Shown piece by piece: positions 32,317-43,322 of a stretch of 64,000 nt of DNA (position 1 is its first letter; every line of letters begins with the position of its first letter). Origin of the DNA: an uncultured Phycisphaerales bacterium. GTDB taxonomy: Bacteria; Planctomycetota; Phycisphaerae; Tepidisphaerales; Tepidisphaeraceae. The stretch is taken from positions 768,001-832,000 of the forward strand of contig CAWJPJ010000007.1 in the NCBI GenBank assembly GCA_963844715.1. The letters run 5' to 3'. Both the position numbers and the translations under genes were made by a program. A model generated the notes under the pieces. The model saw only the letters and a program-made list of their open reading frames with translations. It had not been told where the DNA came from and ran no database searches.

Positions 32317-34130
32317 ATGCCCCGTCCCCTTTTTACCTTTCTCACCTTTCTCACTCTTCTCACCCTCGTCTTCGCCCAAAGCGCCTCAGCCCACCCCGTA
32401 ACCGCCACCTACTCCGCCTCGCTCAGCGAATCCGCTCTTTCCGCCGGCCAAAACGCCGCCGCGGCAATCGTCCTCGACGTAACCCCCGGCTTGCACATTC
32501 AATCCCACGAGCCTCTCGACCCGAACCTCATTCCCTTCAATGTCTCGATCGACCCCAACCCCAATCTAGATTTTCTCGATCCCATTTACCCCGCCCCCGA
32601 AACCGCCCACTTCCCCGGCCTCGGCGCGGCAAAGCGTCTACACCGGCCGCGTCATCGTCTATATCCCGATTCGCATCCACTCCGATGCCGCGATCGGACC
32701 CATCACACTCACCGGCAAACTCAGCTGGCAAGCCTGCAACACCCAAGCCTGCTTCGCCCCAAAAATGAATCAGCCGTTCAGTATCCAAACCCAGATCGTC
32801 GCGGCTACGACAGCGATCACTCCTGCAAACCCGGATCTCTTCCAAAACTTCGACGCCAGCATCTTCTCCAAAGGCGCCTCCCGCCGCGCCCCCATCCTCC
32901 TCCGGCACCGTCGTCGATTTCTTCGGCCGAACCTTCACCCTCGCTTCCGGCGACGCGCCTCTCGCCCTCCTCGTCGCCCTGGCCGTTGGCGTCCTCTTCA
33001 ACCTCATGCCCTGCGTCCTCCCCGTCGTCCCCCTTAAAGCCATCGGCTTCCTCGAAGTCTCCAAACACAACCGCGCCAAATGCTTCTTCCTCGGCTTCGT
33101 CTTCAGCGCCGGCGTCGTCACCTGCTTCCTCGGCTTGGCGCTCCTCATCGTCGTCCTACATCGCTTCGCCTGGGGCCAGCAATTCAGCAGCGGCTGGTTC
33201 ATCTGGACCATCACCACGCTCCTCGTCCTCTTCGCCGCCGGAATGTTCGGCCTCTTCGACCTCGTCCTCCCCGACGCCGTCTACCGCGTCACACTCACCC
33301 ACGATTCCATCCCCGGCAACTTCATCTTCGGAATCTTCACCGCCATCCTCTCCACCCCCTGCACCGCCCCCATGTTCGCCGGCATCCTCGCCTGGTCCCT
33401 CACCGAACCCACCGCCCTCGGCGTAGGCAGCATCCTCATGGTCGGCGTAGGCATGGCCCTCCCATACCTGTTCCTCGACGCCTTCCCGAATTTAGTCAAA
33501 TGGATCCCTCACACCGGCCCGTGGTCTGCGGTCCTCAAACAAATGATGGGGTTCCTATTGCTGGCCGCCGCAGTCTATTTCGCGGCCGGCCGCCTCATCT
33601 CCGGCAGTCAATTCATCTGGGCCGTCTTCGCGGTCGTAGCCGTCGCCATGCTCTTCCTGGTCATCCGCACCACTCAACTAGCAACGAAGAAACGCTCGAC
33701 AATAATCGCCACCCTCTGCGCCCTGGCCACCATTCTAATCGCGTTAGACATCACGCTAAGACTAACCGGCGGCCTGGAATGGCAACCGTTCACACCAGAG
33801 GCGCTAGACAAAGCCCGGGCCACAGGCAAACCGGTCTTAGTCGAATTCACCGCCAACTGGTGCGGCAACTGCCTGGCCTTGGAAGCCAGCGTCTATCGCG
33901 ATCCCAAAACCGCCGCGTATATCCACCAGCACAATGTGATCCTGCTGAAAGCCGACATGACCAACGCTCCGCAGGACGAATGGGACATCGTCAACAAACT
34001 AAACCCCGGCGGCGGAATCCCCCTCACCGCCATCTACGGCCCCAAGCAACCCGCGCCGACGAAACTTACAAGTCTCTACACAACTCAGAATTTGATTGAT
34101 GCCCTTAATCACGCCAGCCGAGCCGGATGA
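32317..34130 (+). CDS. dsbD: DsbD-family thiol:disulfide interchange protein (frameshifts near 32630 and 32885)
   Basis: Signal peptide and WQAC..C N-domain; NLMPCVLP and TPCTAP TM domain; FTANWCGNC thioredoxin domain. Confidence 0.85.
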
Positions 34131-34141
34131 CCAGGATTATT

Positions 34142-34319
34142 AACCGCAGAGACCGCAGAGATCGCGGAGAAAAATATTCAGCCACAGATGGGGCACAGAT
34201 GCACACAGATTTAAATGCAAATCGTGTTTTTGCATTTTATCTGTGCTTATCTGTGCCCCATCCGTGGCGATAAATTCTTTTTCTTTGCGTTCTTTGCGGT
34301 CTCGAGCGAAGCGGGCGGT
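34142..34319. repeat. Nested palindromic elements built from 9-10-nt units
   Basis: Outer ACCGCAGAG x2-3 / CTTTGCG(G)T x2; inner GCCACAGAT..CACAGAT x3 / ATCTGTG x2..ATCCGTGGC. Confidence 0.8.
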
Positions 34320-34338
34320 AAATCAGCTTTTCGATGGA

Positions 34339-34578
34339 TTAAACTGCCGAGCGGTAGTTTTTCTGGGCCACGGTGATCTCGTCGGCCAGTTGCGCGTCCC
34401 CTGTCCCCGACTCCGCAAATTGCTTCCGCAGTGGCGCCAGCATCTCATCCAGAGAAGATTTGGCAGCAGCGTGCTCCACTAGATCGGACACGAACGTGTC
34501 GATGTCCTTCCCCGCAGCCTCCGCCATTGTCCGCAAACGCGCCTCGGTATTGGGGGCGATGGAAATCTTCAAAACCAT
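34339..34578 (-). CDS. Orphan RHH-like antitoxin-type protein, similar to 4534..4776
   Basis: LKISIAPNTEARLRTMAEAAGKDIDTFVSDLVE. Confidence 0.6.
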   Translation of the reverse strand: MVLKISIAPNTEARLRTMAEAAGKDIDTFVSDLVEHAAAKSSLDEMLAPLRKQFAESGTGDAQLADEITVAQKNYRSAV

Positions 34579-34653
34579 GCCCGAATTACCGCATTTCAGC
34601 GATTTGAGCACTTTCTGGCTCCCATTCGGTTGACGCGGGTAGAATTCAGGTCC

Positions 34654-35261
34654 ATGCCGCGCTTCCGACGCTGCCTATTCAGTATATTCGCGGCGGTTTC
34701 GCTATTCTTTTGCCTCGGAACCGCCGTGATCTGGGCACGAAGCTATTGGACGGGAAATTTTCTGCGCTGGGTTCACAGGTCACCCAATACGCCCGCATCA
34801 GGATAGTTGAGTGCATCGTTGGATCAACACGCGGTGGACTCACTATCGGCGTTCGCCATTTGGCGGCGCCGTCCGATTCCGCCAATTTGCGTGATTATCT
34901 TTACTGGCATCCGCCGGGATTTCAATTCGAACAATGGTCGCTGATGACGGCCCAGTCCACGAGTAATTACCTCCTAAAACCGACGAACTCAGCTCCATTG
35001 GGTTTTCAGTTTGCCAGTCGGTCGGGCAGATATCAGACCACCGATTATTGGGAACATTGGGCCGCGATTCCATATTGGTTTCCGACGAGCGTCTTTGCGA
35101 TCATTCCGCTATGGGGCCTGATGCACAGTCTAAAACGCCGTCGCGCGAAGCATCTCGGCCGCTGCGCGAACTGCGGCTACGACCTCCGCGCCACTCCGGA
35201 CCGCTGCCCCGAATGCGGCCAGACGCAGGAAACTCATTCTTCCAACTCCCCGGACGGTTGA
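34654..35261 (+). CDS. Membrane protein with a C-terminal CxxCGYDLRATPDRCPECG zinc ribbon (frameshift before about 34805)
   Basis: N-terminus MPRFRRCLFSIFAAVSLFFCLGTAVIWARSYW; IPYWFP TM; GRCANCGYDLRATPDRCPECG. Confidence 0.75.
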
Positions 35262-35284
35262 GGGGAAAAGGAAGGGTGTGGAGG

Positions 35285-35338
35285 TGCGGGGGCGAGGGAA
35301 ACCTTTTGGGGCCTGATATGGTTTCCCTCGCCCCCGCA
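35285..35338. repeat. 19-bp perfect inverted repeat (REP-like or terminator hairpin)
   Basis: TGCGGGGGCGAGGGAAACC-16 nt-GGTTTCCCTCGCCCCCGCA. Confidence 0.75.
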
Positions 35339-35583
35339 TTGCATTTGACTTAAAAAGCGATATTCCAACACGCATTCGACCGTCCAAAACCACAACCTTG
35401 CCTTAGTTGCCCGATCCCATACTTCCCGCTAAACTTGATTATTCGCGCCCGCAGGACGTTCCTTCGGGTGAACAACTCGGTTTTCGTGCCTTCGGCCCCG
35501 CGTGGAAGCCGCCGGCTCTTTTTATTTGGCCACGCAACAACACAAGGCATAGGCAGCCCCAAAACCTGCCGTATTTGATTCAC

Positions 35584-37350
35584 ATGGTCGATTTTAATCT
35601 CATCCATTCACTCGGAAACGTGGACGCAGAAGCCGACAGCGCCGTAGCCACCGCACTCGGCGACGCCGCCAACGATCTCACCAAACTCGTCGCCGGCGAC
35701 GAAGTCCAGGACTTCACCCCTGGCGCGATTCTCAAAGGAAAAGTCTCCAGCGTCGTCGGCGACGATTTCGTCGTCGAACTCGGCCTCAAAAGCGAAGGCA
35801 TCCTCGAACGCTCCGAATTCGACGAACCCGAAAACGTCAAAATCGGCGACGAAGTCCGCGTCCTCCTCGAAGACGTCGAGGGTGACACCGGCCTCGTCAA
35901 AATTTCCAAACGAAAAGCGGACCGCATCATCAATTGGGAAACGATCATGCAGTCCAAGAAGGAAGGAAACCCCGTCTCCGGAAAAGTCACCAAGAAAATC
36001 AAAGGCGGGCTCCTCGTAGACATCGGCGTGCCGGTCTTCCTCCCCGCCAGTCAGGTCGACATTCGCCGCCCCGGCGAAATCTCCGATTGGATCGGCCGGA
36101 CCATTGACGCCGTCATCCTCAAGATCGACGAAGAACGCCGCAACATCGTCATCTCGCGCCGCAAAATGATCGAGCAGCAGCGCGAGGAGCTGAAGCGCAA
36201 GACCCTCGACGGCCTTACCGTCGGCGAAGTCCGCAAGGGAACCGTCAAGAACATCGCCGACTTCGGCGCCTTCATCGACCTCGGCGGTATCGACGGCCTC
36301 CTCCACATCACCGACATGAGCTGGGGCCGCATCAATCATCCCAGCGACATGCTCAAGATCGATCAGGAACTCGAAGTCAAAGTCCTCTCCATCGACAAGG
36401 AAAAGGAAAAAATCGCCCTCGGCCTCAAGCAGCGCGAGGCCAGCCCTTGGGAGAATATCGAGCAGAAATACCCCGTCGGCTCCGTCCACGAAGCCGAAGT
36501 CGTCAACATCATGTCCTACGGCGCGTTCTGCAAACTTCAGGAAGGCGTCGAAGGCCTCGTCCACATCTCCGAGATGTCCTGGACCAAGCGCATCAACCAT
36601 CCCAGCGAAGTCGTCACCCAGGGCCAGAAGGTCAAGGTCAAAGTTCTCGAGATCAACAAGGAAAAACAGGAAATCTCCCTCGGCATGAAGCAGGTCGAGG
36701 AAAACCCCTGGGAACGCGTCGCCGACAAATACCCGCAAGGGTCCGTCGTCGAAGGCAAGGTCCGCAACATCGCCAACTACGGCGCCTTCATCGAAATCGA
36801 GGAAGGCATCGACGGCCTCCTCCACGTCTCCGACCTCTCCTGGACCAAAAAGATCGGCCACCCCAGCGAGATGCTCAAGAAGGGCGAGACCATCAAGGCC
36901 GTCGTCCTCAACGTCGATCAGGAAAAACAGCGCATCGCCCTCGGCCTCAAGCAGATGCAGGAAGACCCCTGGACAACGGTCATCCCCGCCAACTATCGCC
37001 CCGGCATGGTCGTCAAGGGCCACGTCACCAAGATCGCCAACTTCGGCGTCTTCGTGGAACTCGAGCCCGGCCTCGAAGGCCTCCTCCACATCTCCGAAAT
37101 CTCCGACCAAAAAGTCGAGAAGCCGGAGGACTCCCTCAAGGTCGGCCAGGAACTCGACGTCAAGATCCTCCGCGTCGACAGCGACGAGCGAAAAATCGGC
37201 CTCTCCCTCAAACGCGCCCAGTGGGCCCAGGAAGAGGAACTCCGAGAAACCGCCCGAGCAGAACGAGCCCAAAAACGCGGCCTACGCGGCGGCCTGGAAG
37301 GCGGCGAACAGACGCGCGGGTTGGGCGATATCGATATCGCAAACGAATAA
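35584..37350 (+). CDS. rpsA: 30S ribosomal protein S1
   Basis: Six S1 domains; [19 protein letters not shown] and [11 protein letters not shown]. Confidence 0.97.
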   Translation: MVDFNLIHSLGNVDAEADSAVATALGDAANDLTKLVAGDEVQDFTPGAILKGKVSSVVGDDFVVELGLKSEGILERSEFDEPENVKIGDEVRVLLEDVEGDTGLVKISKRKADRIINWETIMQSKKEGNPVSGKVTKKIKGGLLVDIGVPVFLPASQVDIRRPGEISDWIGRTIDAVILKIDEERRNIVISRRKMIEQQREELKRKTLDGLTVGEVRKGTVKNIADFGAFIDLGGIDGLLHITDMSWGRINHPSDMLKIDQELEVKVLSIDKEKEKIALGLKQREASPWENIEQKYPVGSVHEAEVVNIMSYGAFCKLQEGVEGLVHISEMSWTKRINHPSEVVTQGQKVKVKVLEINKEKQEISLGMKQVEENPWERVADKYPQGSVVEGKVRNIANYGAFIEIEEGIDGLLHVSDLSWTKKIGHPSEMLKKGETIKAVVLNVDQEKQRIALGLKQMQEDPWTTVIPANYRPGMVVKGHVTKIANFGVFVELEPGLEGLLHISEISDQKVEKPEDSLKVGQELDVKILRVDSDERKIGLSLKRAQWAQEEELRETARAERAQKRGLRGGLEGGEQTRGLGDIDIANE

Positions 37351-37463
37351 AACCCGAAACCAGAAACCAGAATCAAACCCGAATGCCCGAATGACGAAAT
37401 AACCTTTCGCTCATTCGGGCATTCTGGCTTTATTCGGATTTCGGGTTTCGGATTTCTGGTTTC
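37349..37463. repeat. 7-nt-unit palindromic element
   Basis: AAACCCGAAACCAGAAACCAGAATCAAACCCGAATGCCCGAATGA ... TCATTCGGGCATTCTGG...TTTCGGGTTTCGGATTTCTGGTTTC. Confidence 0.85.
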
Positions 37464-37582
37464 CCGGCCCCCGGCCTCCCCTCCCTCCCAAAGTCACCTG
37501 CCGGGCTACCCGATACTGAATCGGGTCAGATCGTATCCCGCGCCCGGTGTCGTTACCGGACGTTTCCTGGCCGGAATTCCCT

Positions 37583-38406
37583 ATGGCCTCAGTTGCCCTT
37601 CAATCCGGTCTGCAGCTCTACCTCCGCCAGATTAATCAATCTCCGTTACTCACCGCCGACGAGGAAAAAGCCCTAGGCCGAAAATCATCCACGAAAACGA
37701 CCCCGAGGCCCGCGAGCGCATGGTCCGCTCCAATCTCCGCCTGGTCGTCAACATCGCCCGGCACTACGTCAACCGCGGCCTCTCCTTACCGGACCTCATC
37801 GAGGAAGGAAACATCGGCCTTCTCAAGGCCGTCGAAGGATTCGACCCCGAAAACGGCTCGCGCTTCAGCACCTACGCAAGCTGGTGGATCAAACAGGCCA
37901 TCAAGCGCGCCCTCATCAACAGCGTCCAGCCCATTCACATCCCCGCCTACATGGTGGAGATGATGTCCAAGCTCAAATACGCCATGCGCGAACTCGAAGA
38001 CCAGTTAGGCCGACTCCCCACCACGGATGAACTCTCCGCGCACCTGAAGATGCCCGCGAAAAAACTCCGCATCATCCGCAAGGCCGTAAAGGCCTATCAC
38101 TCGCCCACTCAATCCGGCAGCGCCGACGGCGAACTGACCATTAACGAACTCGTCCCCGACACCACCAATCTCCCCCCCGACGAAATCGTCCGCGACGTAG
38201 ACGAACTACGCCAACTGGAAAAGTTGATGGGCAACATCGACGCCCGCGCCGCAAAGATCCTACGCCTCCGCTACGGCCTCGAAGGCGGCGAAGCCCTGAC
38301 GTTAAAACAAATCGGCGAAAAAATCGGCCTCACCCGAGAACGAGTTCGCCAAATCGAACACCACGCCCTAAGAAAACTCCGCGACGCCATGGCGGCGGAG
38401 AAGTAG
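37583..38406 (+). CDS. Sigma-70 family factor, RpoD/RpoS-like without region 1.1 (frameshift near 37680)
   Basis: LQLYLRQI..PLLT, NLRLVV, DLIEEGNIGL, RFSTYASWWI and TRERVRQIE. Confidence 0.93.
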
Positions 38407-38410
38407 GCTT

Positions 38411-38460
38411 CCCCTCTTATCCCCTCTCCCTGTACTCGGGGAGAGGGTAAGGGTGAGGGG
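38411..38460. repeat. REP-like hairpin CCCTCTCCC..GGGAGAGGG
   Basis: CCCCTCTTATCCCCTCTCCCTGTACTCGGGGAGAGGGTAAGGGTGAGGGG. Confidence 0.75.
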
Positions 38461-38470
38461 CCGTATTTCG

Positions 38471-38575
38471 AATGACGAATGATAAATGACGAATCAATGT
38501 CCGAATGACGAATGGCCCTTCGCTCATTCGAACATTGGAATTTGATTCGTCATTTGTCATTTATCATTCGTCATT
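38471..38575. repeat. 7-nt-unit palindromic element (AATGACG type), overlapping the MFS stop codon
   Basis: AATGACGAATGATAAATGACGAATCAA ... TTGATTCGTCATTTGTCATTTATCATTCGTCATT. Confidence 0.9.
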
Positions 38576-39814
38576 TACCGTCCGCCTTGGTGCCGGAACG
38601 CGCAGAATCAAAACGGCTCCCACAATCGCAAACCCCGCCCCCACCCCCAGCGCCACCACCACTCCTCCAGGCCGCACCTCCCAAATCACCCCCGCCAGCA
38701 AACTAGCCACCAACTGCCCCACCCCGCTCACCGTATAAAACAACCCCATCGCCCCCGCCCGCTGCACGCTCGGCACCAAATCGCTCACCATTGCCTTGGC
38801 CACCCCATCCGTCAGCGCCTGATACAACCCATAAATCCCCAGCAAAAACCACGGCGCCATCCGCGACGGACATGCCGCGAACCCAAGATACACAATCGCA
38901 TAAACCACCCATCCCACCGCCACAACATTCTTCCTCGAAACCCGATCCGAAATCGCCCCCAGCGGCGTCGCCGTCGCCGCGAAAATCCCATTGTACAAAA
39001 CATACGCCAAAATAATCGTCCCAAACCCCAGCCCCATCTCGCCGCTGCGCAAAATCAAAAACGTATCGCTGCTGTTCCCCAGCGAAAAAACCCCGTTCGC
39101 AATGATCAACATCCAAAACGCCCAAGGAAACGACTGAAAAATCGCCGGCGGTTTCCCCGCCGAAGTTTTCTCCGGTCTGATCTCCCGCACAAAAACCAGC
39201 ACCGTCGCGGCGCTCACAAGCCCCGGAATAATCGCCAGATAAAAAAGTCGCGCCAGCGGCAAATTCCTGATCGCGTGATCCGCCGTACCCCATCGCGCCG
39301 AAAATGTCGCATGCCATCCCGCGATCGCGATGATGACCGCCAGCGCCACGAGCGGCCCCAATATCGCCCCGCACGTGTCCATCGCCCGATGAAACCCAAA
39401 CGCCTTCCCCCGAAACTCCGCCTCCGTGCTATCCGCGATCAGCGCATCCCGCGGCGAAGTTCGAATCGACTTCCCCAATCGATCCGCCGTCCGCCCGGCC
39501 AAAAAAATCGGCCAGCCCGTCACCGACGCCAACCCCATCACCGGCTTGCTCAGCGCCGAAACAAAATACCCCAGAAAGATCACCGGCTTCCGCCGCCGCC
39601 ACCGATCCGAAACCGCCCCCGCGATCCACCTCAGTCCGCTGCTGATCCCCTCCGCCAGTCCGTCAATCAACCCCATGATCGCCGGCGACGCCCCCAGCGT
39701 TCCCACCAAAAACAGCGGCATCACCGGATACAGCATCTCCGACGCCAGATCCGTAAAGAAACTGACCCACCCCAGCGCAAAAACATTTCGCGAAATCCCG
39801 CGCGGTCGAATCAC
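38564..39814 (-). CDS. MFS transporter
   Basis: GWVSFFTDLASEMLYP, GAVSDRWRRRK and DRLGKSIRTSPRDALIA. Confidence 0.9.
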   Translation of the reverse strand: MIRPRGISRNVFALGWVSFFTDLASEMLYPVMPLFLVGTLGASPAIMGLIDGLAEGISSGLRWIAGAVSDRWRRRKPVIFLGYFVSALSKPVMGLASVTGWPIFLAGRTADRLGKSIRTSPRDALIADSTEAEFRGKAFGFHRAMDTCGAILGPLVALAVIIAIAGWHATFSARWGTADHAIRNLPLARLFYLAIIPGLVSAATVLVFVREIRPEKTSAGKPPAIFQSFPWAFWMLIIANGVFSLGNSSDTFLILRSGEMGLGFGTIILAYVLYNGIFAATATPLGAISDRVSRKNVVAVGWVVYAIVYLGFAACPSRMAPWFLLGIYGLYQALTDGVAKAMVSDLVPSVQRAGAMGLFYTVSGVGQLVASLLAGVIWEVRPGGVVVALGVGAGFAIVGAVLILRVPAPRRTVNDE

Positions 39815-40737
39815 GCGGCAATTGTAGTTGTATCCGCCGACTTTGCGGAAGTCCCCATCACGGCAGGGGGGTCCAATCGCGGCTTACCAAATAATCCCGA
39901 AGCCATCCCCCGGCAAACCGCCCCCAAACTCCCCGGTGATCCCCACAAATGCCCCATGGTCCGCCGCGCCAAACTCCTGGCCATCCAAATCTTCTCCCCC
40001 CGATCAAACGCCCGGCTATGCCGCATGATCCAAAGCTTGTTCCTCACCTCATAAAAATATTTCCCCCCCACGCTGCTCGCCGGCACATGCTTCTCGGCCG
40101 TCTTATGCACCACCACGCTCGCCGGAACCATCACCCCGAATTCCTCGCGCAAAATCCGACCCGAATATTCCACATCGTCGTTCCACAAAAAATACCCCGG
40201 AATCGGCAACCCATATTTCTCCACCATCGACCGGTGCATCAGCATCGAAACAAACGACGTAAACCGAATCGACATCCCCGCGTTCTCCGCCGCCAGAAAT
40301 TGCCGCCGCGCATCATACAGCTTCGGCTTCTGCACATTCATCGGGTGCAGCGACCCGTCCGTCCAGACCACCCAGCTGGCCAAAATATTCGGCCGATCTT
40401 CCGGCGCAAATCTCTCCCGCGCCCGCAGCAATTCCCCCAGCGCGTTTCGTTCCGCGATCGAATCGTCGTCCAGCGTCCAGATCCACTCAAACCCCTGCCG
40501 ATACGCCCACTCGATCCCCGCATAATACCCGCCCGAACTTCCCGAATTCTCGCCCAACCGGATCGTCGTCACATGCCCAAACTCGCGCGCCAGCATCTCC
40601 CCCGTCCCATCGTCGCTGGCATTGTCCACCACCACCGCGCCCTGCACCGGACGCGTTAGCTCCGACAGTGCCCGCAGCGATTCACGCAGCAGCGATTTTC
40701 GGTTGCGGCTGACCAACACCGCGCAGACTCGATTCAT
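39811..40737 (-). CDS. GT2 glycosyltransferase, galactofuranosyltransferase GlfT1-like
   Basis: VVDNASDDGT, NSGSSGGY, WTLDDD and FLWNDDVEY; directly downstream of glf. Confidence 0.85.
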   Translation of the reverse strand: MNRVCAVLVSRNRKSLLRESLRALSELTRPVQGAVVVDNASDDGTGEMLAREFGHVTTIRLGENSGSSGGYYAGIEWAYRQGFEWIWTLDDDSIAERNALGELLRARERFAPEDRPNILASWVVWTDGSLHPMNVQKPKLYDARRQFLAAENAGMSIRFTSFVSMLMHRSMVEKYGLPIPGYFLWNDDVEYSGRILREEFGVMVPASVVVHKTAEKHVPASSVGGKYFYEVRNKLWIMRHSRAFDRGEKIWMARSLARRTMGHLWGSPGSLGAVCRGMASGLFGKPRLDPPAVMGTSAKSADTTTIAA

Positions 40738-41852
40738 GTACCGCGACCTCCTGCTCGAACACCGCCAGCGCCCGAGCCACCACCTGATCCATGTTGTAAT
40801 ACTGGTAATCCGCCAGCCGCCCCGTGAACACCACCGCTCCCCCCAGCTTCCTGGCCTCCGCCCGATACTTCTCAAAAATCTCCCGATTCTCATCCCGAGG
40901 AATCGGATAAAACGGCTCGCTCTCCCCCGGCACATGCGCTTGCGGAAACTCGCGCCAATCGTCGTCCCTGAAATCTTCTGCCCCGTCAGATGCTTGAATT
41001 CCGTGACCCGTGTAAACGCCTCCCCGTTCGGATAATTCAACTGCGCCACATCCTGCACAAAATCCTTCGCCCCATGCTCAAACTCAAACCGCAAACTCCG
41101 ATACGGCAGCGGCCCGTGCAGGTACTTGAAGAACTCATCGATCGCCCCCGTATAAATCATCCGCCCATACCGCACCGACTTCGGCAGCGTCCGCCAATCC
41201 ACCCCCAATATCACCCGAATGTTCCGATGCGAAAGCATCCGCTCGAACATCGCCGTGTATCCCTCATTTGGCATCCACTGAAACTTATCCTGAAAATATC
41301 GGTCATCCCGCCCGATCCGAATCGGAATCCGCCCCGTCACCGAAGCCGAAAGCTCCTCCGGCCGCAGCGCCCACTGCTTGATCGTGTACCCGAGAAAATC
41401 CGCTCATAAATAAATTCCGCCAGTTCCCGCAGCGCCTTCTGGGGCTCCTCCCTCATCTTCAACACCGGCACATGCGCCCCATGCCCGTAGCGCTGCCGCA
41501 AAATTTTCTCCAGTTGCCGCGCCTCGCGCTTGGGAAAAAGCAGCCGCAGCGAAGTCAGATTGAACGGCACCGGAATCTGCTTCCCATCCACCATCGCCCG
41601 CACGCGATGCTCATAAGCCCGCCACCCCGTGAACCCCGAGAGATAATCGAACACCCGCTGAGAATTCGTGTGAAAAATATGCGGCCCGTAATCATGAACC
41701 ATCACCCCCGACTCATCCGCATGATCGTAAGCATTCCCCGCAATATGATTCCGCCGATCTACAACCAGAACGCGCCGCCCCAGGCGCGTGGCGATCCGCT
41801 CGGCCATCACGGCCCCGCTAAACCCAGCTCCCACCACCAGCCAGTCATACAT
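40682..41852 (-). CDS. glf: UDP-galactopyranose mutase (frameshifts near 41390 and 40950)
   Basis: VGAGFSG, IAGNAYD, YGPHIFHT, LPYRSLRF, EPFYP and GRLADYQYYNMD. Confidence 0.93.
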
Positions 41853-41927
41853 GCAGTTGGTATAGATCGGCCAACCGCACGGCAGGGCAGTAATGAATGT
41901 TATCGGGCGTTCCCGAGCCCATGCTGA

Positions 41928-42068
41928 GAAGCCCGAAACCCGAAACCCGAAACCAGAATCAAACCCGAATGACCCAATGAGCGAAAAGCACCTGACCATC
42001 CGCGACCGGCCCTTCGGTCATTCTGGTTTCGGATTTGATTCGGATTTCGGGTTTCTGGTTTCTGATTT
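41928..42068. repeat. 7-nt-unit palindromic element
   Basis: CCCGAAACCCGAAACCCGAAACCAGAATCAAACCCGAATGACC ... GGTCATTCTGGTTTCGGATTTGATTCGGATTTCGGGTTTCTGGTTTC. Confidence 0.85.
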
Positions 42069-42119
42069 TCGGAGCCGGTTTTCTAATCCCACCAACCCCT
42101 CTATTCCGATGATCATCCC

Positions 42120-43194
42120 ATGCACGCCATTATCGGACCCGCTCCCTCGCCGTATCCCTCGATTCATCCCGCGGTTGCCGAGGCTTTCGCCGCGACGTCC
42201 CCGGCCCCCATCCAGCTTTTCCCCGTCTCGCTGGACATCAAACAAGCCGAGTGTCTCCGCTGCCTTCTGGCCGACGACGTGCATGCCTCGATTGTTTCCG
42301 ATTGGAGCCCAGAGGCCATCCCCGTTTTCCCATCCACCGATCCCAATCTTGAATCCATGTTTCTTTCCGCGCCCGAAACTGAGCGTGATCCTCGACCCGC
42401 ACGACAGAGGCCGAAAGCTCGATTTCCTCTCTCTCACCGATCCCATTTGGCAGCTTGCCGCGCGCGAAAATCTCCAGATCATTTACTTGAAGCTCCAGGT
42501 CCACGACCCCGCGCAGTACGCCAACCTGAATCTGGCCCCAAAACAAGTCCACATTCTCTCCTGGCCCCTTCTTCTGGGCGGCTCGCGCTTCCACATCTCC
42601 GCTCAACAGGAATTCCAGGGCGACGCTCTGTTCTCCCGCACCCTCGCCCCCAATCCCCACCCCGAATTCAAATACGACTTCTCTTGCATCGGCTCGATCA
42701 CCAGCCCGGATAGAGAGGCCGCCTTCGCGACCCTGGAGCAATCTCCCCGAAAAAATCGCTATATAAAAATCTCCACGCCCGGCCACCAGGACGCCGCCTC
42801 GGCGACGGTGCCGCTGCTCGAATACCTCCTCATCAGCCGCCAAAGCCGAATCAACATCTCCCTCAACGGCCGCGGCCCCTGGTGCCTGAAAGACGGCGAG
42901 CTCCTCGCCAACCAATGCTTCATCCTCAGACAGTGGCACCCCAGCATCGTCCTCAACCCCCTCACCCCCCGCGACGGCCAACACTGGCGAATCTTCCGCA
43001 CCGAAACGCTGCTCGATACGATCGAAGCGTGCTTGGCCGACGCAGAAGAATGCAAAAAAATCGCCACCGCGGGCCACCGGCTTCTGCGCACCGTCACCCA
43101 CGACTGCCTTTGGTCCCACCAATACGCGACGGCGTTAACCAATTTTCGGTGCACAGGGCAAAAGAGCGCGTTTGGCGAACTGGCGTTTGCCTAA
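42120..43194 (+). CDS. Hypothetical protein with a CgeB/GT-B-like C-terminus (frameshift near 42375)
   Basis: YDFSCIGS, SRINISLNG, L..G.HW..F and EECKKIATAG. Confidence 0.55.
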
Positions 43195-43322
43195 CGCCGC
43201 TGAAGGGCGCCGCGAATTTCGGGGGTCGTTCGGACATTTGCCGACAAAATCTTACACTTTTGAATCGATTGGCGGGTTGGGTGAACGGGGCGGTTTAGTC
43301 AAAGAGAAGAGCCAAATTTGGT

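Noticed and set aside
35608..37272. Long antisense ORFs (opposite rpsA, smc, murC, the LptD-like gene and others)
   Set aside because: Expected shadow ORFs from strong C-ending codon bias in high-GC DNA; no protein motifs
39811..41340. Glf-glycosyltransferase fusion ORF
   Set aside because: The joining segment is out-of-frame glf sequence; the true glf C-terminus is in another frame
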